From: Nemertoderma westbladi
Taxonomy: Eukaryota > Animalia > Xenacoelomorpha
Assembly (NCBI GenBank): GCA_032718475.1
Contig: JAUCBJ010008300.1
Span: 60,541 to 124,540, forward strand
DNA: 64,000 nt
Direction of reading: 5' to 3'
A program made the position numbers and the translations under genes. The first letter of the stretch is position 1. Every line of letters starts with the position of its first letter. The notes beneath the pieces are model-generated. The model did not search any database. It worked only from the letters and a program-made list of their open reading frames with translations, and had not been told where the DNA came from. Of this stretch, positions 28,101 to 41,716 are shown one piece after another.

Positions 28101-31100
28101 CAAGGATTTAATACTCATTATATTCATGAACTAGCTGTGATATTTGAGGTGAATTATTGCATTACATATTAACTTTGGCTCCAGCCGCTTTGGCAATACG
28201 ATGAAACTATAATAAATATTCTAGAACACAACAATATTAACAGGGAGATAGGCTACTTTAATTATCTCTCCACTCTGAGAGCCTCAGAAAGGGGGTGTTC
28301 CGACGCAATCAAAATTCATCCATCTCCTGGGGAAAGACGAAGCAAATAACAGCTGAATACTTCTATAAATGTAAGTTTTACCTGTTCTTATGACTTTCGT
28401 TTAAGATTCTCTATCTCGTGGAGTGGGTTAGAAGATATAAATATGAAAAACGATGTCGTTTTTTGTAAAAAATCTGAGGATATTTTGATAAATTATTGCT
28501 GAAAGCCCAAGGATTTTGACATGGCTTTAATACTTCATTATGTTCATGAAAAAACGTAGATATTTGAGGTGAATTATTGCATTACATAATAACTTTAACT
28601 CCAGCCACATTAGCAATACGATGAAACTATAATAAATATTCTACAACAGAACAATATTAACGGGGAAATAGGCTACTTATTTCTTTACTCTTAGAGCCTC
28701 AAAAAGGGGGTGTTCCGACGCAATCAAAATTCATCCATCTCCAGGGGAAAGACGAAGCAAAGAACAGCTGATTACTTCTATAAATATAAGTGTTACCTGC
28801 TCTTTTGACTTTCATTTAAGATTGTCTATCTCTTGGAGTGGGTTAGAAGTCATGAATATGAAAATCGATGTTGTTTTTTGTAAAAAATCAGAGGAGATTT
28901 TAATAAATTATTGCTGAAAAACACCAAGGATTTTGACAAGGATTTAATACTCATTATATTCATGAACTAGCTGAGATATTTGAAGTGAATTATTGCATTA
29001 CATATTAACTTTGGCTCCAGCCGCTTTGGCAATACGATGAAACTATAATAAATATTCTAGAACACAACAATATTAACAGGAAGATAGGCTACTTATCTCT
29101 CCACTCAGATAGCCACAGGTATGGAGGGGTGTTTTGACACAATCAAAATTTAACCATCTCCAGGGGAAAGATGAAGCAAATAACAGCTGATTACTTCTAT
29201 AAATGTAAGTGTTACCTGTTCTTATGACTTTCTTTTAAGATTCTCTATCTCGTGGAGTGGGTTAGAAGATATAAATATGAAAATCGATGTCGTTTTTTGT
29301 AAAAAATCTTTGAAAATTTTGATAAATTATTGCTGAAAGCCCAAGGATTTTGACATGGCTTTAATACTTCATTATGTTCATGAAATAGCTGAGAAATTTG
29401 AGGTCAGTTATTGTAATACATATTATCTTCGGCTCCAGCCGCTTTGGCAATACGATGAAACTATAATAAATATTCTAGAACACAACAATATTAACAGGGA
29501 GATAGGCTACTTATCTCTTCACTTTGAGAGCCTCAACAACGGGGTGTTCCGACGCAATTAAATTTCATCCATCTCCAGGGGAAAGGCGAAGCAAAGAACA
29601 GCTGATTACTTATATAAATGGAAGTGTTACCTGTTCTTTTGACTTTCATTTAAGATTCTCTATCTCGTGGAGTGGCTTAGAAGTTATAAATATAAAAATC
29701 GAAGTGGTTTTTGAAAAAAATCAAAGGATATTATGATTAATTATTGCTTAAAAACCACAAGAATTTTGACATGGATTTAATACTCATTATATTCATGAAA
29801 TAGCTGAGAAATTTGAGGTGAATTATTGTATCACATATTAACTTCGGCTCCAGCCGCTTTGGCAAAACTATGAAACTATAATAAATATTCTAGAACACAA
29901 CAATATTAACAGGGAGATAGGCTACTTATATCTTCACTCTGAGAGCCTCAAAAAGGGGGTGTTCCGAAGCAATCAAAATTCATCCATCTCCAGGGGAAAG
30001 GCGAAGCAAAGAACAGCTGATTACTTCTATAAATGTAAGTGTTACCTGCTCTTTTGACTTTCATTTAAGATTGTCTATCTCTTGGAGTGGGTTAGAAGTC
30101 ATGAATATGAAAATCGACGTCGTTTTTTGTAAAAAATCAGAGGAGATTTTAATAAATTATTGCTGAAAAACACCAAGGATTTTGACAAGGATTTAATACT
30201 CATTATATTCATGAACTAGCTGTGATATTTGAGGTGAATTATTGCATTACATATTAACTTTGGCTCCAGCCGCTTTGGCAATACGATGAAACTATAATAA
30301 ATATTCTAGAACACAACAATATTAACAGGGAGATAGGCTACTTTAATTATCTCTCCACTCTGAGAGCCTCAGAAAGGGGGTGTTCCGACGCAATCAAAAT
30401 TCATCCATCTCCTGGGGAAAGACGAAGCAAATAACAGCTGAATACTTCTATAAATGTAAGTTTTACCTGTTCTTATGACTTTCGTTTAAGATTCTCTATC
30501 TCGTGGAGTGGGTTAGAAGATATAAATATGAAAAACGATGTCGTTTTTTGTAAAAAATCTGAGGATATTTTGATAAATTATTGCTGAAAGCCCAAGGATT
30601 TTGACATGGCTTTAATACTTCATTATGTTCATGAAAAAACGTAGATATTTGAGGTGAATTATTGCATTACATAATAACTTTAACTCCAGCCACATTAGCA
30701 ATACGATGAAACTATAATAAATATTCTACAACAGAACAATATTAACGGGGAAATAGGCTACTTATTTCTTTACTCTTAGAGCCTCAAAAAGGGGGTGTTC
30801 CGACGCAATCAAAATTCATCCATCTCCAGGGGAAAGACGAAGCAAAGAACAGCTGATTACTTCTATAAATATAAGTGTTACCTGCTCTTTTGACTTTCAT
30901 TTAAGATTGTCTATCTCTTGGAGTGGGTTAGAAGTCATGAATATGAAAATCGATGTTGTTTTTTGTAAAAAATCAGAGGAGATTTTAATAAATTATTGCT
31001 GAAAAACACCAAGGATTTTGACAAGGATTTAATACTCATTATATTCATGAACTAGCTGAGATATTTGAAGTGAATTATTGCATTACATATTAACTTTGGC

Positions 31101-31845
31101 TCCAGCCGCTTTGGCAATACGATGAAACTATAATAAATATTCTAGAACACAACAATATTAACAGGAAGATAGGCTACTTATCTCTCCACTCAGATAGCCA
31201 CAGGTATGGAGGGGTGTTTTGACACAATCAAAATTTAACCATCTCCAGGGGAAAGATGAAGCAAATAACAGCTGATTACTTCTATAAATGTAAGTGTTAC
31301 CTGTTCTTATGACTTTCTTTTAAGATTCTCTATCTCGTGGAGTGGGTTAGAAGATATAAATATGAAAATCGATGTCGTTTTTTGTAAAAAATCTGAGAAA
31401 ATTTTGATAAATTATTGCTGAAAGCCCAAGGATTTTGACATGGCTTTAATACTTCATTATGTTCATGAAATAGCTGAGAAATTTGAGGTGAGTTATTGTA
31501 TTACATATTATCTTCGGCTCCAGCCGCTTTGGCAATACGATGAAACTATAATAAATATTCTAGAACACAACAATATTAACAGGGAGATAGGCTACTTATC
31601 TCTTCACTCTGAGAGCCTCAACAAGGGGGTGTTCCGACGCAATCAAATTTCATCCATCTCCAGGGGAAAGGCGAAGCAAAGAACAGCTGATTACTTTATA
31701 AATGGAAGTGTTACCTGTTCTTTGACTTTCTTTAAGATTCTCTATCTCGTGGAGTGGCTTAGAAGATATAAATATGAAAATCGATGTCGTTTTTTGTAAA
31801 AAATCTGAGGATATTTTGATAAATTATTGCTGAAAGCCCAAGGAT
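25140..31845 (+). repeat. Near-perfect 5-mer higher-order repeat, 2085-bp period, about 3.2 copies
   Basis: Matching spurious ORFs start at 25185, 27270, 29355 and 31440, exactly 2085 bp apart. Confidence 0.95.
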
Positions 31846-34800
31846 GAATTTTGATTGCGTCGGAACACCCCCTGTTTGAGGCTCTCAGAGTGAAGATATA
31901 AGTAGCCTATCTCCCTGTTAATATTGTTGTGTTCTAGAATATGTATTATAGTTTCATTGTATTGCCAAAGCGGCTGGAGCCGAACTTAATATGTGATACA
32001 ATAATTCACCTCAAATTTCTCAGCTATTTCATGAATATAATGAGTATTAAAGCCATGTCAAAATCCTTGGTGTTTTTCAGCAATAATTTATTAAAATCTC
32101 CTCTGATTTTTTACAAAAAACGACATCGATTTTTATATTCATGACTTCTAACCCACTCCAAGTGATAGACAATCTTAAATGGAAGTCAAAAGAGCAGGTA
32201 ACACGTACATTTATAGAAGTAATCAGCTGTTCTTTGCTTCGTCTTTCCCCTGGAGATGGATTCATTTTGATTGTGTCAGAACACCCCCTTTTTGAGGCTC
32301 TCAGAGTGAAGAGATAAGTAGCATATCTCCCTGTTAATATTGTTGTGTTCTAGAATATTAATTATAGTTTCATCGTGTTGCCAAAGCGGCTGGAGCCAAA
32401 GATAATATGTAATGCAATAATTCACCTCAAATATCTCAGCTAGTTCATGAATATAATGAGTATTAAATCCTTGTCAAAATCCTTGGTGTTTTTCAGCAAT
32501 AATTTATTAAAATCTCCTCTGATTTTTCAAAAGAGCAGGTAACACTTACATTTATAGAAGTAATCAGCTATTCTTTGCTTCGTCTTTCCCCTGGAGATGG
32601 ATGAATTTTGATTGCGTCGGAACACCCCCTTTTTGAGGCTCTCAGAGTGAAGATATAAGTAGCCTATCTCCCTGTTAATATTGTTGTGTTCTAGAATATG
32701 TATTATAGTTTCATCGTATTGCCAAAGCGGCTGGAGCCGAACTTAATATGTGATACAATAATTCACCTCAAATTTCTCAGCTATTTCATGAATATAATGA
32801 GTATTAAAGCCATGTCAAAATCCTTGGTGTTTTTCAGCAATAATTTATTAAAATCTCCTCTGATTTTTTACAAAAAACGACATCGATTTTCATATTTATA
32901 ACTTCTAACCCACTCCACGAGATAGAGAATCTTAAACGAAAGTCATAAGAACAGGTAACACTTACATTTATAGAAGTAATCAGCTGTTATTTGCTTCGTC
33001 TTTCTCCAGGAGATGGATTAATTTTGATTGCGTCGGAACACCCCCTATCTGTGGCTCTCAGAGTGAAGATATAAGTAGCCTATCTCCCTGTTAATATTGT
33101 TGTGTTCTAGAATATTTATTATAGTTTCATCGTATTAAATATCTCAAATAGTTCATGAATATAATGAGTATAAAATCCTTGTCAAAATCCTTGGTGTTTT
33201 TCAGCAATAATTTATTAAAATCTCCTCTGATTTTTTACAAAAAACGACATCGATTTTCATATTCATGACTTCTAATCCACTCCAAGAGATAGACAATCTT
33301 AAATGAAAGTCAAAAGAGCAGGTAACACTTACATTTATAGAAGTAATCAGCTGTTCTTTGCTTCGTCTTTCCCCTGGAGATGGATGAATTTTGATTGCGT
33401 CGGAACACCCCCTTTTTTGAGGCTCTCAGAGTGAAGATATAAGTAGCCTATCTCCCTGTTAATATTGTTGTGTTCTAGAATATGTATTATAGTTTCATTG
33501 TATTGCCAAAGCGGCTGGAGCCGAACTTAATATGTGATACAATAATTCACCTCAAATTTCTCAGCTATTTCATGAATATAATGAGTATTAAAGCCATGTC
33601 AAAATCCTTGGTGTTTTTCAGCAATAATTTATTAAAATCTCCTCTGAATTTTTTCAAAAGACGACATCGATTTTCACATTCATGACTTCTAACCCACTCC
33701 AAGAGATAGACAATCTTAAATGGAAGTCAAAAGAGCAGGTAACACTTACATTTATAGAAGTGATCAGCTGTTCTTTGCTTCGTCTTTCCCCTGGAGATGG
33801 ATGCATTTTGATTGTGTCAGAACACCCCCTTTTTGAGGCTCTCAGAGTGAAGAGATAAGTAGCATATCTCCCTGTTAATATTGTTGTGTTCTAGAATATT
33901 AATTATAGTTTCATCGTGTTGCCAAAGCGGCTGGAGCCAAAGATAATATGTAATGCAATAATTCACCTCAAATATCTCAGCTAGTTCATGAATATAATGA
34001 GTATTAAAGCCATGTCAAAATCCTTGGTGTTTTTCAGCAATAATTTATTAAAATCTCCTCTGATTTTTTACAAAAAACGACATCGATTTTCATATTCATG
34101 ACTTCTAACCCACTCCAAGAGATAGACAATCTTAAATGAAAGTCAAAAGAGCAGGTAACACTTACATTTATAGAAGTGATCAGCTGTTCTTTGCTTCGTC
34201 TTTCCCCTGGAGATGGATGCATTTTGATTGTGTCAGAACACCCCCTTTTTGAGGCTCTCAGAGTGAAGAGATAAGTAGCATATCTCCCTGTTAATATTGT
34301 TGTGTTCTAGAATATTAATTATAGTTTCATCGTGTTGCCAAAGCGGCTGGAGCCGAAGATAATATGTAATGCAATAATTCACCTCAAATATCTCAGCTAG
34401 TTCATGAATATAATGAGTATTAAAGCCATGTCAAAATCCTTGGTGTTTTTCAGCATTAATTTATTAAAATCTCCTCTGAATTTTTACAAAAAACGACAGC
34501 GATTTTTATATTCATGACTTCTAACCCACTCCAAGAGATAGACAATCTTAAATGAAAGTCAAAAGAGCAGGTAACACTTACATTTATAGAAGTAATCAGC
34601 TGTTCATTGCTTCGTCTTTCCCCTGGAGATGGATGAATTTTGATTGCGTCGGAACACCACCTTTTTGAGGCTCTCAGAGTGAAGATATAAGTAGCCTATC
34701 TCCCTGTTAATATTGTTGTGTTCTTGAATATGTATTATAGTTTCATCGTATTGCCAAAGTGGCTGGAGCCGAACTTAATATGTGATACAATAATTCACCT

Positions 34801-37800
34801 CAAATTTCTCAGCTATTTCATGAATATAATGAGTATTAAAGCCATGTCAAAATCCTTGGTGTTTTTCAGCAATAATTTATTAAAATCTCCTCTGATTTTT
34901 TACAAAAAACGACATCGATTTTCATATTCATGACTTCTAACCCACTCCAAGAGATAGACAATCTTAAATGAAAGTCAAAAGAGCAGGTAACACTTACATT
35001 TATAGAAGTAATCAGCTGTTCTTTGCTTCGTCTTTCCCCTGGAGATGGATGAATTTGATTGCGTCGGAACACCACCTTTTTGAGGCTCTCAGAGTGAAGA
35101 TATAAGTAGCCTATCTCCCTGTTAATATTGTTGTGTTCTTGAATATGTATTATAGTTTCATCGTATTGCCAAAGTGGCTGGAGCCGAACTTAATATGTGA
35201 TACAATAATTCACCTCAAATTTCTCAGCTATTTCATGAATATAATGAGTATTAAAGCCATGTCAAAATCCTTGGTGTTTTTCAGCAATAATTTATTAAAA
35301 TCTCCTCTGAATTTTTTCAAAAGACGACATCGATTTTCACATTCATGACTTCTAACCCACTCCTAGAGATAGACAATCTTAAATGGAAGTCAAAAGAGCA
35401 GGTAAAACTTACATTTATAGAAGTGATCAGCTGTTCTTTGCTTCGTCTTTCCCCTGGAGATGGATGCATTTTGATTGTGTCAGAACACCCCCTTTTTGAG
35501 GCTCTCAGGGTGAAGAGATAAGTAGCATATCTCCCTGTTAATATTGTTGTGTTCTAGAATATTAATTATAGTTTCATCGTGTTGCCAAAGCGGCTGGAGC
35601 CAAAGATAATATGTAATGCAATAATTCACCTCAAATATCTCAGCTAGTTCATGAATATAATGAGTATTAAAGCCATGTCAAAATCCTTGGTGTTTTTCAG
35701 CAATAATTTATTAAAATCTCCTCTGATTTTTTACAAAAAACGACATCGATTTTCATATTCATGACTTCTAACCCACTCCAAGAGATAGACAATCTTAAAT
35801 GGAAGTCAAAAGAGCAGGTAACACTTACATTTATAGAAGTAATCAGCTGTTCTTTGCGTCGTCTTTCCCCTGGAGATGGATGAATAATGATTGCGTCGGA
35901 ACACCCCCTTTTTGAGGCTCTCAGAGTGAATATATAAGTAGCCTATCTCCCTGTTAATATTGTTGTGTTCTAGAATATGTATTATAGTTTCATCGTATTG
36001 CCAAAGCGGCTGGAGCCGAACTTAATATGTGATACAATAATTCACCTCAAATTTCTCAGCTATTTCATGAATATAATGAGTATTAAAGCCATGTCAAAAT
36101 CCTTGGTGTTTTTCAGCAATAATTTATTAAAATCTCCTCTGATTTTTTACAAAAAACGACATCGATTTTCATATTCATGACTTCTAACCCACTCCAAGAG
36201 ATAGACAATCTTAAATGGAAGTCAAAAGAGCATGTAACACTTACATTTATAGAAGTAATCAGCTGTTCTTTGCTTCGTCTTTCCCCTGGAGATGGATGCA
36301 TTTTGATTGTGTCAGAACACCCCCTTTTTGAGGCTCTCAGAGTGAAGAGATAAGTAGCATATCTCCCTGTTAATATTGTTGTGTTCTAGAATATTAATTA
36401 TAGTTTCATCGTGTTGCCAAAGCGGCTGGAGCCAAAGATAATATGTAATGCAATAATTCACCTCAAATATCTCAGCTAGTTCTTGAATATAATGAGTATT
36501 AAATCCTTGTCAAAATCCTTGGTGTTTTTCAGCAATAATTTATTAAAATCTCCTCTGATTTTTTACAAAAAACGACATCGATTTTCATATTCATGACTTC
36601 TAACCCACTCCAAGAGATAGACAATCTTAAATGAAAGTCAAAAGAGCAGGTAACACTTACATTTATAGAAGTAATCAGCTGTTCTTTGCTTCGTCTTTCC
36701 CCTGGAGATGGATGAATTTGATTGCGTCGGAACACCCCCTTTTTGAGGCTCTCAGAGTGAAGATATAAGAAGCCTATCTCCCTGTTAATATTGTTGTGTT
36801 CTAGAATATTTAATATAGTTTCATCGTATTGCCAAAGCGGCTGGAGCCGAAGTTAATATGTGATACAATAATTCACCTCAAATTTCTCAGCTATTTCATG
36901 AATATAATGAGTATTAAAGCCATGTCAAAATCCTTGGGCTTTCAGCAATAATTTATCAAAATATTCTCAGATTTTTTACAAAAAACGACATCGATTTTCA
37001 TATTTATAACTTCTAACCCACTCCACGAGATAGAGAATCTTAAACGAAAGTCATAAGAACAGGTAACACTTACATTTATAGAAGTAATCAGCTGTAATTT
37101 GCTTCGTCTTTCCCCAGGAGATGGATGAATTTTGATTGCGTCGGAACACCCCCTTTCTGAGGCTCTCAGAGTGAAGATATAAGTAGCCTATCTCCCTGTT
37201 AATATTATTGTGTTCTAGAATATTTAATATAGTTTCATCGTATTGCCAAAGCGGCTGGAGCCGAACTTAATATGTGATACAATAATTCACCTCAAATTTC
37301 TCAGCTATTTCATGAATATAATGAGTATTAAAGCCATGTCAAAATCCTTGGTGTTTTTCAGCAATAATTTATTAAAATCTCCTCTGATTTTTTACAAAAA
37401 ACGACATCGATTTTCATATTCATGACTTCTAACCCACTCCAAGATATAGTCATCTTAAATGGAAGTCAAAAGAGCAGGTAACACTTACATTTATAGAAGT
37501 AATCAGCTGTTCTTGACTTTGTCTTTCCCCTGGAGATGGATGCATTTTGATTGTGTCAGAACACCCCCTTTTTGAGGCTCTCAGAGTGAAGAGATAAGTA
37601 GCATATCTCCCTGTTAATATTGTTGTGTTCTAGAATATTAATTATAGTTTCATCGTGTTGCCAAAGCGGCTGGAGCCAAAGATAATATGTAATGCAATAA
37701 TTTACCTCAAATATCTCAGCTAGTTCATGAATATAATGAGTATTAAATCCTTGTCAAAATCCTTGGTGTTTTTCAGCAATAATTTATTAAAATCTCCTCT

Positions 37801-38946
37801 GATTTTTTACAAAAAACGACATCGATTTTCATATTCATGACTTCTAACCCACTCCAAGAGATAGACAATCTTAAATGAAAGTCAAAAGAGCAGGTAACAC
37901 TTACATTTATAGAAGCAATCAGCTGTTCTTTGCTTCGTCTTTCCCCTGGAGATGGATGAATTTTGATTGCGTCGGAACACCCCCTTTTTGAGGCTCTCAG
38001 AGTGAAGATATAAGTAGCCTATCTCCCTGTTAATATTGTTGTGTTCTAGAATATTTAATATAGTTTCATCGTATTGCAAAAGCGGCTGGAGCCGAAGATA
38101 ATATGTGATACAATAATTCACCTCAAATTTCTCAGCTATTTCATGAATATAATGAGTATTAAAGCCATGTCAAAATCCTTGGTGTTTTTCAGCAATAATT
38201 TATTAAAATCTCCTCTGATTTTTTACAAAAAACGACATCGACTTTCATATTCATGACTTCTAACCCACTCCAAGAGATAGACAATCTTAAATGGAAGTCA
38301 AAAGAGCAGGTAACACTTACATTTATAGAAGTAATCAGCTGTTCTTTGCTTCGTCTTTCCCCTGGAGATGGATGCATTTTGATTGTGTCAGAACACCCCC
38401 TTTTTGAGGCTCTCAGAGTGAAGAGATAAGTAGCATATCTCCCTGTTAATATTGTTGTGTTCTAGAATATTAATTATAGTTTCATAGTGTTGCCAAAGCG
38501 GCTGGAGCCAAAGATAATATGTAATGCAATAATTCACCTCAAATATCTCAGCTAGTTCTTGAATATAATGAGTATTAAATCCTTGTCAAAATCCTTGGTG
38601 TTTTTCAGCAATAATTTATTAAAATCTCCTCTGATTTTTTACAAAAAACGACATCGATTTTCATATTCATGACTTCTAACCCACTCCAAGAGATAGACAA
38701 TCTTAAATGAAAGTCAAAAGAGCAGGTAACACTTACATTTATAGAAGTAATCAGCTGTTCTTTGCTTCGTCTTTCCCCTGGAGATGGATGAATTTGATTG
38801 CGTCGGAACACCCCCTTTTTGAGGCTCTCAGAGTGAAGATATAAGAAGCCTATCTCCCTGTTAATATTGTTGTGTTCTAGAATATTTAATATAGTTTCAT
38901 CGTATTGCCAAAGCGGCTGTAGCCGAAGTTAATATGTGATACAATA
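31842..38946 (-). repeat. ~416-bp satellite array, inverted block, left of the LTR element
   Basis: Reverse complement of the same monomer; the MPKRLEP..-type spurious ORFs switch to the + strand. A local 2076-bp period is visible (36529 vs 38605). Confidence 0.98.
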
Positions 38947-40865
38947 TAAATTGGAGAGATACGCCTATTCCTACTATCGGAAGAGACGGTAACAATACCT
39001 GCAATATCCTACTGTAAAGTTTGTAAATCAAATCATAAATCCGACCTTCTCACCAAAACAGTAAACCCTAAGTAAGCGAATATATTGCAGTATCGATCTC
39101 TTTTAACCGGTGAGGCAGAAAACAGTCTACGAGCAGACAAACTTCGATAAAACAAAATCCCGCGCAGCGAATCCTAAAATCAGGCTGACTCACTGACGGA
39201 CTAAGGGGCTCGTATACTTTGCCGCGGTGTGATTTATATGGTTGGGCAAAGGGACGCTAGCTAGGTATAGAGCAGATTTGGAGATGTCTAACTAGCGAGC
39301 AAAGTGCAGTAAGGACGAAAGTTAATTTTATATATTTTGAGGTGTAAATAATTTCTAACGCGCGTGTGTTAATTCTGAACGGTCAAAGCAGTTTTGCTCC
39401 TTCACATATATAATTACTGGGTACGGTGTGCATTTTACGAATATTCTAATTTTGTAACTTGTAGGTCCAATACTCACGAATGATAAGGTCCCTTCCCCTC
39501 TTGCGTATTTCCAGGACTCAAATTCAGGCATAAGGTTAATACTACGCCCAGAATTCGGCAATTTTAGGTACCAGGTCCCTGATACTAAGAAGAGATGTGT
39601 TAGTTTACTACTGTAGGCGTACGGGTACTAATAGCTATCCTGGCTCCTATCTAGAATTTTAGTCACCCAGGTAGTCCGGGTAACTTCCTATTAGGGCGTT
39701 GGCGGGGACACGGTAGATGTTAGTATATCCCTGATAGCCTCAATTTATTTTGCGCCTAGCGTAAACTGCCCTACCGCCTGAACGGTACAATCCCAATTCA
39801 GGTGAAAACACAGCAACCCCCTAGCCTACAAGTTCTGATGTAATAGACACGGTCGTACTGCAAATAGTCGCACACACACCTGTACTTAGCAAGAGTTAAG
39901 CGTACAGTTTGCTGCACCCTAACCAATGTGTATGCCTTGTACCGGTGTGCCTACGTCCTATCTGCGTACTAGTATCTGCTCTCTCTCCCTCTCCCCCGTA
40001 GGAATATGAAGGTCTACTGCGGTTTTTCCCTGAATCAAGACAGTACAGTCCCTATGATGTAATTTTGGGCTCACAGCGTGTCACTACGTCTACCTTTGAT
40101 CTTTTGGTCTTACACTTAGGTAGCAAGGATCGAACGCTGTCTAACCTTTCAGGCGATGGGCGAATAACACTAGATGGTATTGCGGGTTGTCTCTCGTCTA
40201 CATTCCCGTGATGTTCCCGTTCATTGCTGCGGCCCGATCTCTAGCTGGCCATCTTGTCCCTGAGTTTGTTCACCGTAGTGAAACCATATTAAAACAGATA
40301 GAAAGGCTGAGAGATGTGACTAGTATTTCTGACTTTATTATAAAACATATAATAACTATTATACAATAAACAATGTAATCTGAAATAAGACAGAAAGTGA
40401 ATGATGGAAATTGAGTAGTGATTGATAACTAATGAACGCACCTTTATATACTAAATTTGTGCCGCAATCAATCGAGAAAATTCTCGATTGTTCTATGGGT
40501 TCTAACAAGGTTTTAAAGATAGCTTATTGGTCCAGCTAATACTGTATATAACTTGCACGACATTGGTTACAATCAAATAACTACAGCCTTATTGGTACAG
40601 ACAAATGCAATTAATTTGTAGCGGTTAATTTAAATTAGTTGAAATTCTGCACAAAAAATAATTCGCACTTACTAGGATTCGAACTCGATACCTACTACAC
40701 TTATAATTTCCAACGCTCTACCAACTGAGCTACTGAACCACCTGACCGATAGATGCATAATAGATAGAACCAATACGAATGAGAACTCAAAGCAATCTTT
40801 ACAAAGTTAATTCGAATAAAATAAAATTTTGAAAATCCACGGCATTTAGGGAATATAATTCTATA
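38947..40865 (-). repeat. 3' LTR (1919 bp)
   Basis: Direct repeat of 52361-54279, running TAAATTGGAG..AATTCTATA on the + strand. The right boundary is ambiguous by a few nt. Confidence 0.93.
40653..40739 (-). promoter_or_regulatory. tRNA-derived Pol III cassette (A box, B box, T6) in the 3' LTR
   Basis: The minus strand reads GGTTCAG-TAGCTCAGTTGGTAGAGC..GAGTTCGAATCC..TTTTTT. The D-arm and T-loop are tRNA-like, but the acceptor stem does not pair. Confidence 0.75.
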
Positions 40866-40873
40866 CCGCTCCA
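40866..40873 (-). other. Candidate short, weak polypurine tract
   Basis: Minus-strand TGGAGCGG immediately precedes the 3' LTR. Confidence 0.35.
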
Positions 40874-41039
40874 TGAAAACAGGATATTATCGTGCATAAA
40901 ATATACGGTTTTCACCAATAATCAATCAAACTATAGAATACTTAGGGCGTACTTACATATTTACAATTAAGTTTCAAACAATACTTCCTTTCTACGTAAT
41001 GATTCGATACAAAATAATTACAAATTCAAACTTTACGTA

Positions 41040-41680
41040 TTTAAGGCTTTACTAAGTAAGTACAATATAAATCTAAATTAAATTCACCAATATAAATCTA
41101 TTGCATCTCAGATATTGCATAAATTCAAACAATTACAAATACAAATAAATGAAAACAATAAGAAAGGCTCGCAAGTCTTCCATCTACTATTGTATCTCAA
41201 ATATTGCATAAATTCAAGTAATTACAAATACTTTCGTACCTAAATGTAGATTGCATAAGTTTTGGAATAATTACAAATATGAGTCTTTCTGAGCACAAAT
41301 TTTTCTGTCTATAAAACTTTCTCTTTAGGTACAAATACTACTTATAAAATATAAATTGCATAATATTCGGAACAATACAAATTGCATAAGTTTGGAATAA
41401 TATAAGTTGTATAAGTTCGGAATAATTACAAATATAAAATATAAATTCTTACTAAATATAAATCTTACTAACTATAAGTCTTTACTTAAATATAAATATA
41501 AACTGCATAAGTTTAGAATAATATAAACCTTTGCATCTCAAATATGAAACATAAATCTTTCAAATATAAGTTCCTTCTAAATATAAACTTTCTAAATTTC
41601 ATAAATTCGGAACAATACAAATTGCATAAGTTTTTTAAATATAAAACATATAATTCAAATAAATCACAAATCATAAGAAA
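41040..41680. repeat. Very AT-rich degenerate repeats in the element's 3' untranslated region
   Basis: Repeated ttgcataa(a/g)tt..aattacaaata motifs. Confidence 0.7.
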
Positions 41681-41716
41681 GGCCCACGAGTCTTCCGTCC
41701 ACCCTTGCCCTCCCCT

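Larger units (their letters stand above)
2005..31845 (+). repeat. ~416-bp satellite array, forward block (strand label arbitrary), interrupted by two DNA-transposon insertions
   Basis: Tandem monomers carrying gggttagaag..aaaatcgatgtcgtttttt..ctccagccgctttggcaatacgatg..ggggaaagacgaagc. Near-identical spurious ORFs at 4452 and 4868 are 416 bp apart. Confidence 0.98.

Noticed and set aside
39355-40369. Small ORFs inside the LTRs (68 and 60 aa, repeated at 52769 and 53601)
   Set aside because: They are short, have non-ATG starts and no motifs, and are duplicated only because the LTR is.
40653-40739. Functional tRNA gene
   Set aside because: Acceptor and anticodon stems do not pair; only the A/B boxes and D-arm are retained.
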